32,000 nucleotides of DNA from Wallemia ichthyophaga EXF-994 (taxonomy: Eukaryota; Fungi; Basidiomycota): positions 180,001 to 212,000 of the forward strand of contig NW_008806288.1 of NCBI RefSeq assembly GCF_000400465.1. The letters are read 5' to 3'. Position numbers and translations under genes: made by a program. Positions 12,005 to 19,724 of the stretch are shown in pieces (positions within the stretch are counted from its first letter, which is position 1; each line of letters begins with the position of its first letter). Below the pieces are notes generated by a model. It saw only the letters and a list, made by a program, of their open reading frames with translations, searched no databases and was not told the origin of the DNA.

Positions 12005-12052
12005 TGATGATGATGATGATGAAATTTGAATATGTTGTTTAAGACGATACAT
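12005..12052 (-). mobile_element. Extremely 5'-truncated non-LTR retrotransposon 3'-end remnant (R1) with (TCA)n tail
   Basis: (TGA)6 at 12005-12022 on the plus strand, followed by AATTTGAATATGTTGTTTAAGACGATACAT, which aligns with the terminus of element E2 (AATATAATATATAGTTAAAGCGATACAT). Confidence 0.6.
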
Positions 12053-12059
12053 TCTTAAA

Positions 12060-12709
12060 TAGATAGATAGAAATCATATTATATATTCAAAAGCGTTACA
12101 ACGATTAATAATCTTCGCTTATCTATACTTCTTTTGCATTGAAAGCTGACGATTGTAGTGACTCAAATGCATGCGGTTCTTGGCATGTGTGCCGTAAATC
12201 AGGAGGAAGCTAAGTGGAGCTACCGGAGACGCGCGGGTGGGTGCTAAAATAGTTTTTGAAAAACTCGTAGAGAGCTTTAAGAGCGTCTTCAATTGAAGCA
12301 TATATTTCATCTCGAACCTTAAAAACCCTAATCCATAAATCCTCCTCAACGATAATCTTGCTTGGTCGAACTTCCTACATCTGAAAATCATATGTGTGAT
12401 AATGTCTACTTCACTGCACTTGCTGTAAAGTGGTGAGTCGGACAGTTTGAATCGGAATCGGTAAGACTTGGCAGTAGGGAAGTGGCTTGAGCAGATCTGT
12501 GTGGCCACACTTCGCATACCACGGGGAAGATTGCTGAGCATCTTGTCCGCCTGAGTAGAAGTCTTCCTGCAAAATGCTCTCTCCGCGTCTTTCGACGTTG
12601 GTCCTGGCAAACTACGCGCATTTACTCTCAAGAGAGCAGTGTGTCGCTCCCGCAGGCGTCTACGGAAAGCGGAGGGAGCCGGTTTGAGGGTGAAGTTTAA
12701 AGAGATCCT
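12060..12709 (-). mobile_element. Degenerate 5'-truncated non-LTR retrotransposon (E1): ORF2 C-terminus plus 3' UTR with (TCTA)3 tail
   Basis: Translation ISLNFTLKPAPSAFRRRLRE...LPRGMRSVATQICSSHFPTAKSYRFRFKLSDS...KC...HMIFRC aligns with E2. The terminus shares TATCTATACTTCTT with E2. Possible 10-bp TSD with one mismatch: ATTCTTAAAT (12051-12060) / ATTCTAAAAT (12710-12719). Confidence 0.87.
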
Positions 12710-12915
12710 ATTCTAAAATTACGCCCACCAATACTTAAAGCAAGAGAAGTCAAAGGGTGTGCAGAATTACAGGAAGCGTTTCTTGACAAGTTTCGTAAAT
12801 TGTAAGTTTTTGGCGGATTTCTTTTACGCTAGACAGCCTCTTCTTAATTTTATAGCTAACAAAGGGTTTTATGAAGACATGCGAATTAGATGTACATGAG
12901 CTTAGGCTTGTTCGT

Positions 12916-12998
12916 GTCGATGTAGCTCAATTGGCGAGAGCGTACGACTGAAGTTTATAGCATTCGTAAGGTTGGGCGTTCGATTCGCCCCATCGACA
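12916..12998 (+). tRNA. tRNA-Phe(GAA) with ~9-nt intron
   Basis: Cloverleaf: acceptor stem GTCGATG/CATCGAC, D stem GCTC/GAGC, anticodon stem TACGA/TCGTA around CT-GAA-G, T arm GGGCG-TTCGATT-CGCCC. Confidence 0.96.
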
Positions 12999-13003
12999 TT
13001 TTT
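12999..13003 (+). terminator. RNA polymerase III T5 terminator
   Basis: TTTTT immediately after the tRNA-Phe discriminator base. Confidence 0.8.
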
Positions 13004-13226
13004 GGCATTTTGCGATTCTTTTGTTACAAAATTTTCTCCTCATTCTGAGTTTGTATAGTTTATAGACTGATGTATTTTTCTGCAGAATGCCTCTGATTCT
13101 TGTCTTCTGTATCGCTAATGCGGTCTAGTCGTGCAAAAGTTTCCAATTTCAGTCTCGCTTTTAGACACGCTTGCAGCTTACAAACCATCTACAATAATCA
13201 ATACTGCCTATTTAATCTGCAAACGA

Positions 13227-13735
13227 CTAAGTAAGTGAGAAGGCGAACGCAGAAATACCGTATACTGACAATTTGAAGAATTTAGCAAGAATTTCATTTT
13301 CGTAGGATCTCCAGTATTTAGAATTCATCGTTATGTCAACTCTCCGCTTAATATCCATAGAGTTGGATTTCTCCTTGACCATGTATCTTATCTCGAATGG
13401 CTGAGCACGAGATTCGACGATCGTGAAGTAAAAAGGCTCGACAAATAGCCCTGAATAAATTCTATAAAATTTCACCAGAATTATATCACTTAGCTACCAA
13501 TTGCGTCCGGTAGGCTGTTCGGAAGTTGGAATCAAACATCACTTTGGAGTACGCTATAGGATGGATATGGAGACTTTTACCCAATTCATGAGTAAAACCA
13601 AAAAATTCTGACTTGATAAATCCCAAAGTTTCGGCTATATAAACGCGATTTACTTATTCCGACACGTAGCGTCTACAGGACTCAATGCTGGGTCCAAGGA
13701 AAAAGTATTGTCCTTCCGGATAAATAAACGCCTAA
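13227..13735 (-). other. Possible orphan or decayed spliced gene in an AT-rich segment
   Basis: Three consecutive open stretches: AFIYPEGQYFFLGPSIES, ETLGFIKSEFFGFTHELGKSLHIHPIAY and IYSGLFVEPFYFTIVESRAQPFEIRY...FFKL. They are separated by intron-like gaps, but I could not build a clean model with a start codon. Confidence 0.2.
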
Positions 13736-14465
13736 AAATGCAATACAAGTAAAATAATGGGGGTTCAGCCCAACTCTGAAATCGGTGATTTGGCTTCACT
13801 ATATGCATTTCGCAGGATCAGTTCATGAGATATCAAAGGAATTCAAATGAGATCGGCTTTGATTTGCATCACAACTATTGAATGCTTCACCGTATTTTTT
13901 GTGCTCAAACTACTCCATTGATTGATTAGATGATTTTCATAGGCTCCTTATTCCACGACTCTTGGTAGGGAATGATTGAATGTGTTAGAGGTGATTTTAA
14001 TCGTTTGAATCTTATTTGCATTCTTCATTTTAAGTTATCTACTTCTAACCATTTGCAAGTGACAAAGTTCATGGTGATCAGTTGCGTGCCGGAAAACTAA
14101 ATAATGTGAGTAGAGGAGCAGCCGAGGATGTCTCGCTATATTCAATCTCAAAGTACTTTATAATTACTTTTATCTGGCAAATAATTTTTCATAATAGATC
14201 ACATCTAATGATGACTAGAGAAGGCTCAACAACATTAAGGAGATTATTACATCATCTAATCTTCTACACGTCTAATCGTTAAATAAATATATATTAAGAT
14301 AGCTGATTTTTGTATTCGTCACGGATAAATGACTCAATTCTCATTGAGCACGTGGTTTGGTGACATTAGATTGCACCAAAAACATATCGCCAAAACTTGT
14401 AGAACCGTAAAGACTTGATTGCAGAGTTTGCTAAAAGAAGTAAGTTGGTTCTGAGACTTCCAGTC

Positions 14466-14470
14466 AAAAA
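14466..14470 (-). terminator. RNA polymerase III T5 terminator of tRNA-Ile
   Basis: The minus strand reads TTGTTTTT after the tRNA 3' end. Confidence 0.75.
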
Positions 14471-14473
14471 CAA

Positions 14474-14554
14474 TGGTCCCTGCAGGGCTCGAACCTGCGA
14501 CTTTGGAGTGATCTAATATTAGCTCCACACTCTAACCAACTGAGTTAAGAGACC
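14474..14554 (-). tRNA. tRNA-Ile(AAT) with 7-nt intron
   Basis: Minus strand: GGTCTCT-TA-ACTC-AGTTGGTTA-GAGT-G-TGGAG-CT-AAT-A-[TTAGATC]-A-CTCCA-AAGTC-GCAGG-TTCGAGC-CCTGC-AGGGACC-A. Confidence 0.95.
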
Positions 14555-14576
14555 GATAGGTTTATCATGAATGTCA

Positions 14577-14606
14577 ACATAATGATTCTGACATAATGAT
14601 TCTGAC
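14577..14606. repeat. Perfect 14-bp tandem duplication (ACATAATGATTCTG)x2
   Basis: Copies at 14577-14590 and 14591-14604, plus AC. Starts 22 bp upstream of tRNA-Ile. Confidence 0.9.
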
Positions 14607-14643
14607 ACATTGATTTGACTTAAATTTCACAGCACAAGTGCGC

Positions 14644-14663
14644 TTTTTTTTTTTTTTTTTTTT
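14644..14663. repeat. T20 homopolymer
   Basis: Twenty consecutive T, followed by ATAGAGA and the ATG at 14671. Confidence 0.95.
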
Positions 14664-14670
14664 ATAGAGA

Positions 14671-15885
14671 ATGGACGATCATTATCGAAAATCGGCTGGT
14701 TTGCTGGAGTGTCATCAAAGTCCTCCTAGTGAATCCTCAAGCGCCGCATTTTATGGGAAGCACCTTTTAAACGATATATTGCTTGATATTAGTATTGAAG
14801 ACCCACGCGAAAACCTCACTGAATCGCAAGACGGGAGGAGACAGAGCCCAAGGCTCAATAATAATTTAAACAAAAGGCGAATAACCAGTACTGATGCTTA
14901 TACAGGTCGTCCCCCTACACCTACGGTAAGGGAGCAAAACTCCAAGGCGCTGGAGCAAGCCCTCGAAAAGTTCAAATTAGAGGTGACAGACACATTGAGA
15001 GAGTGTCTACGTGAGTAACAGGACAATTACGCCAAATCTTTCAAGGAGACGACACTGGCACTCGAGCAGCAAATACACGAATTAAAGAAGCAAAACGTAG
15101 CGCCACAACTTATGCATGCAGCACCATCGTATGCACAAAAGCAGCTGCAGAAACACCAATGGTACCGTCAAAAAAGGCGATCACGCTCAAACTTCATCAA
15201 GCCGACCCAGCCAAGCCAGTGCTGAGTGATAATGATTTAAAGTCGGTCGATATTAATAGAGTAATGGACGAACACATACCAAAGACGTTCGGCGACCGAC
15301 TTAATATCACGGAAAACTTCATTAGCACCGCCAAACGTCTCCCCACAAACTCCTTCAAACAACAAGCGTAAGACTCAAAGATAGCCATGGAGCTTAGAAA
15401 TTGCGAGGAGTGGATCCCCCAAGGACTACGCCCTCACGTATTGACTCAAGAAGTGGCAGTTTTGAGAGTACCCACCACCAGCAACCCATCCGTCATTGCC
15501 AAACAGATGAAAGCAGAAAACATGATTTGGGAAAACAAGGTTATATACGCGATGTGGGCCAATATATCCGCGAAGAAACAACAGTTCGCTACGCTAAAGG
15601 TGCAGCTAAACAACATCAACGCCGCCAAAGCTAGCTTATCCCTGAATGTTGGTTATAGCGGAGAAATGATGAGAGTAGAACCAGCGAACCTCATTCCGGG
15701 ACAATGCCTAAAATGTTGAAAATTGAGACACACCCAAAAAGTATGCAGATCACCACCTTGTTGCCTGAGATGCCCAGAGGAACACGAGACAGCGAAGTGT
15801 ACAAAAGCACCATGTGCAAAGTCCGAAGCAGGGGCGCGCGGAGTAGCGTGTACACAGCTCAACACATGCACACACAACATCACTC
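14671..15885 (+). mobile_element. Decayed ORF1 (gag-like) of a non-LTR retrotransposon (E3), ORF2 absent
   Basis: Coiled coil, then APSYAQK-AAA (across a frameshift near 15135), VAVLRVP, and zinc knuckles QCLKCxKLRHTQKVC and CLRCPEEHETAKC. In-frame stops at 15016-15018, 15369-15371 and 15717-15719. The 5' boundary is uncertain. Confidence 0.82.
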
Positions 15886-15886
15886 T

Positions 15887-16003
15887 AAATATATTGTCAA
15901 GAATAAACATATTTAAAACTGCGTTCATCAGTACTTCTTAAAGCATGAGGAGTGAACGGGTGTTCAGAATCACTGAAAGCGTTTCTTAGACTAGTGTCGT
16001 AAA
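15887..16003 (-). mobile_element. Old 3'-UTR remnant (R2) of the same non-LTR family, tail lost
   Basis: AATATATTGTCAAGAATAAACATATTTAAAACTGCGTTCATCAGTACTTCTTA aligns with E2's AATATATAGTTAAAGCGATACATAGTAAAACTGCGCCTATCTATACTTCTTA. AGCGTTTCT...CGTAAA follows at similar spacing in both (37 vs 40 nt). Confidence 0.65.
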
Positions 16004-17397
16004 CTATAAATTCTTGGTGATGATGATGATGATGATGAAATATAATATATAGTTAAAGCGATACATAGTAAAACTGCGCCTATCTATACTTCTTATGTTG
16101 CTATTTGGACTTGTGTGACGTTGATTTGAGAGTATAGCGTTTCTGTGCTGAGCGTAAAGGTTTAGATTTACTCGATCCGACCGATGGCTGTACCGAGAAC
16201 CCGGAATTGTGCGAGTTTTGGTTAGGCTGTTGTGGTGTGTCGAACTAGTGTACCGAAATCAATAAAAATGAGAGGGTGGGTGGGCCTGAAGGGGGAAAAG
16301 CCTGAATGGCACCCGAAAGTACCACTCCGCGTAAAACCCTCTGCAGTTTGTGTGCTCTACAGAAGTCGGTGAGAATGGGAGATTTGTGGCTTGAAGAATT
16401 CGTATAGCGCTTGGAGAGATTTGGCGTTTCTCAGCATAGGTCCCAATTCGAACCTAATACCGAGAGCGAGAATCTTCCTTCTCAAAGCTATTCTCGCCAT
16501 GATGTGTCTTGAGCAGATGAAGATACGGTGTGGGATAGTGTCGTCTAATCGACAGGTGCTGCACTTGGCAGAATCAGTGAGCTTAAAGCGATAGCGATAG
16601 GACTTAGTGGTAGGGAAGTGTCCAGAGCGGAGCTGTGTTGCTAGACAGCGAGTGGCCCGGGGCACACTTTCCAACAGCTTGGCGGTCTTGATGGAGCTGA
16701 GATTGCCTTTGGCGGTTCTTGCTGTTCTTGAGGTGAGACCCGTGAGAGTGTTGCCCTCCACGCGCATGGGTGCAGTGAGGGTTTCGTGGAGGTTTCGCCG
16801 GGTAACAGAGCAGGAGGTTCGGAGTTCTATATCCAGAACAAAACCGTTTCCGTGGTTTGCTCTGCCTTTGTTCGCGGCGCGGTCTGCTCTCTCGTTGCCT
16901 TCAATTCCCTTGTGGCCAGGTATCCAGTGAAAGTTGAATTGGGTGTCTGGGTGAAGCGCCTTCATGTCCGTTAACTTCGTGAGTATACTCTTCAGGATGT
17001 ATTGGGCTGGGCCGTGCAGTGTGCATGATCTTAGGGCTTTCAGTGTCGCTTGGCTGTCCGAGTAGATGTGGATGTTTGGTGGTGCCGTTAATTGAGAAGA
17101 GTCGATTGCCTCTTGGACGTTGAGAACAGCACTGTATAGCGCAACGAGTTCAGCTTCGTATATTCCAAATCTGTGTGTTGAGCCAAGGTAGTAGGAGTGG
17201 CCGCTCCAACTGTTCGAGACTTGATTGTAGGCGACGATGCCGAGGGCTACTGCACCTTCTGCCAGAGAGCCGTCAGTGTAGATGTGCCAGGCTGGAGCAG
17301 GGGACTTGGTTATTTTGTCATGTGCTTCACGTGCAGTAGTCTCGTTTTCAGGAATTGAGATTGATAAGTCGATTGAGTGCTATAAATTCTTGGTGAT
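16004..17397. repeat. Target-site duplication CTATAAATTCTTGGTGAT (16004-16021 and 17380-17397)
   Basis: Exact 18-bp match. Its last 4 nt (TGAT) overlap the tail repeat. Confidence 0.93.
16018..17379 (-). mobile_element. Young 5'-truncated non-LTR retrotransposon (E2; Tad/I-group-like): RNase H, CCHC knuckle, ~335-bp 3' UTR and (TCA)7 tail
   Basis: Uninterrupted frame 17379-16357 (341 codons) with IYTDGS, IYEAELVAL, IYSDSQATLKAL, WIPGHKGIEGNERAD and CSTC-x7-H-x4-C. (TGA)7 at 16018-16038 on the plus strand. Flanked by an exact 18-bp direct repeat. Confidence 0.95.
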
Positions 17398-17584
17398 TCT
17401 CCATTACGCCAAACCACCGGAGTCTTTGGTTTGTAGTCAATTGCGGCTTGAAAAACTCGTAAAGGGCTTTTGGAGTTTTTTCTGATTTTTTATCCTAGTT
17501 CAAGCCGATTCCGGCCTGATGTAAATAAAAGTTTTTGTATATATGCAAGCGATATACACCACATATAATAGTCAAATTTTCGAC

Positions 17585-17667
17585 GTCGATGTAGCTCAAT
17601 TGGCGAGAGCGTACGACTGAAGTTTATAGCATTCGTAAGGTTGGGCGTTCGATTCGCCCCATCGACA
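17585..17667 (+). tRNA. tRNA-Phe(GAA) with ~9-nt intron, identical to 12916-12998
   Basis: Same cloverleaf as the first copy, 83/83 nt identical including the intron. Confidence 0.96.
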
Positions 17668-17673
17668 TTTTTT
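17668..17673 (+). terminator. RNA polymerase III T6 terminator
   Basis: TTTTTT immediately after the tRNA. Confidence 0.8.
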
Positions 17674-17915
17674 ACCCTGAGTCATCAGGTGCCAAGAAGT
17701 ATCTATTGTTAGATTTTTTTACTGATCAGGAATGAACAAGGGGATTCAAAATTCAAACCAAAATCCGGAAATCCCTGAAAATGGTAGTCACTATTTCAGG
17801 GCATTATAATTGCAACATTAGCTCTTTTGACAACCTGTTAGTTGCTAAATTTATTTTCTTGGCATGGATTGTAATAGCGACATCCTTTTGAGATAACACC
17901 CACTTATCATAAGAA

Positions 17916-19648
17916 ATGTCCGATCAATGGGGGCAGTCATATCCACCTAATGATCAGCAATACCACATGCAGCAGCCGTATTACGCTCCTCAGCAACCTC
18001 CTCCTCCTCCCCCGCCTCCAGTCGACGAGAAGGGCAGTCGATTCAAGCCTAAACTGAAATTACGTGATCCAATATTTTTTGTCTTTTTCCTGCTTACTTT
18101 CTTTGCCTTTATTGGTCTCAGTGGATACGCTTTATATGAGTGGAATCAAGCAGGCAGTATTCAATCAGGATTTGGTAACACCACCGCATCTAGTAACGTT
18201 ACATTCACGAAAGAGACTGGATATCTGTTGCTCGTTGATGCTGCTATCGGTTTGGTATTTGCGGCACTTTACTTGCTCGCATTGCGCATTTTCACAAAAG
18301 TTATCTTGGAAGTCACACTCGTTCTATCCATTATCACTACATGGGCACTCGCTATTTATCAATTTACGCAACATTACTGGTGAGTTTGTGCATATCGTCT
18401 CAGAGTGAGCAAATCTAATTCTGAACAGGAGTGGAGCAATTGTTCTTCTAATTATTGGAATATTACAAGTGAGTTGATGCCTCCAAAAACCCTGAACACC
18501 TCTAATAACGGTCTTAATCCAGGTGAGTTAGAGTCTGCAGACAGCCTTCAAAAATCTAACAATGGATATAAAACAGGTCGTTTTCTACTTTGGAATGCGC
18601 AAGCGAATCCCATTGGCATCTTTGCTCCTCAAGATAGTCATTGACATTGCTAAGCACTATCCAAGTGTTTATGTGGTTAGCTTTATTGGTCTAATCATCC
18701 AAACAGCTTGGAGTATCTTATACGCTTTCGCCGTGGCTGCCGTGTATGTTGTTTGGACTCCTGGCTCACAGGTCTGTGGCAGCGGAACAGGCGGATCATG
18801 CTCCTCAGGTAAGGTAGCAGGTCTAGTTTTTTTCTTAACCTTCGCCTATCTATGGGTATCTCAAGTGTTTGGAAATATCGTGCTTGTCACACTTGCTGGT
18901 GGACCTTACGGAGGCTGGTACTACTTCGGACCTTACAACCAAAATGGAAGCGGCATGCCAAAGCATCCAACACCATCAGCCTTCATGAGAGCTTCAACTA
19001 CATCGCTCGGGAGTATCGCCTTCGGTAGCCTAATAGTCACCATACTTGAAATCATCAAGATGATATTCAGAGCACTGCAAAACAACGCTGATGCTGCTGG
19101 TGAAATAGGTCAGATTCTCGCTTGTTGTGCTGTTTGCGTCCTCAATGTGATCCAGTGGATGATAGAGCTCTTTAATAAGTACGCTTACATCTCCATAGCC
19201 TTATACGGTAAATCGTACTTGCAATCGGCTAAATCAGTGCGTGAGACATTCTTAAGAATCACTCAAGTGCTCACAACTCTTCTAGACATGGCACCTCTTC
19301 AAAGATCGCGGAATTGACGCCTTGGTTAATGACAGTTTGGTCAGTATTGGACTGACCTACGGCTCGTACTTTGTTGGTGTTCTCTGCGGTCTTTTCACAT
19401 ACGTATACCTCAAAACTGCAACTGTGGAGTGGAACTCAGAGGGCCAATACACTGCAGCGCTCCTTCTTTACGCTTTCTTGATCGGATTCACGTGTAGTAT
19501 GACTCTACTCTGTGGTATCGATGCCGGTGTTTCCACGCTGTTCGTCGGTATGGCTGAAGATCCTCATGTTCTAGCTCAGCGTGCACCTCCATTGTTCCAG
19601 GAAATAAGAAATGTTTATCCTCATGTCGTGGAAGGTGTAAACGTGTAA
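17916..19648 (+). CDS. PNS1: Pns1 / choline-transporter-like (CTL/SLC44) membrane protein
   Basis: Pro/Gln-rich N-terminus, RFKPKLKLRDPIF, RIPLASLLL, AFMRASTTSLGSIAFGSLIV, FNKYAYISIALYGKSY, MVNDSLV, STLFVGMAEDPHVL. Confidence 0.93.
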
Positions 19649-19724
19649 TTGCAGTCGCCCATGCCTAGATTAGCAATATTATGTCATCTTCTACTTTTAA
19701 TTTATACTTATGTACACTTGAAAT

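Noticed and set aside
11980-12010. Search for a TSD of remnant R1 (and of R2 and E3)
   Set aside because: No direct repeat of the sequence left of the tail was found at the other junction, so none is claimed.
12005-12022. (TGA)n runs at 12005 and 16018 as ordinary microsatellites
   Set aside because: Both sit exactly at homologous retroelement termini, so they were treated as element tails.
16004-17397. CRISPR-like or prokaryotic mobile element interpretation of the repeats
   Set aside because: Eukaryotic intron-containing DNA, only two repeat copies, and the contents are a LINE RNase H fragment.
17282-17485. Plus-strand ORFs overlapping E2 (also 16391-16594, 16607-16930, 16786-16974)
   Set aside because: Antisense shadows of the retrotransposon frame. 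One crosses the TSD junction, so it cannot predate the insertion.
12916-17667. The two tRNA-Phe genes as LTRs or att-like direct repeats bounding one integrated element
   Set aside because: Both are complete tRNA genes with their own terminators. No integrase or recombinase lies between them, and the flanks are not shared.
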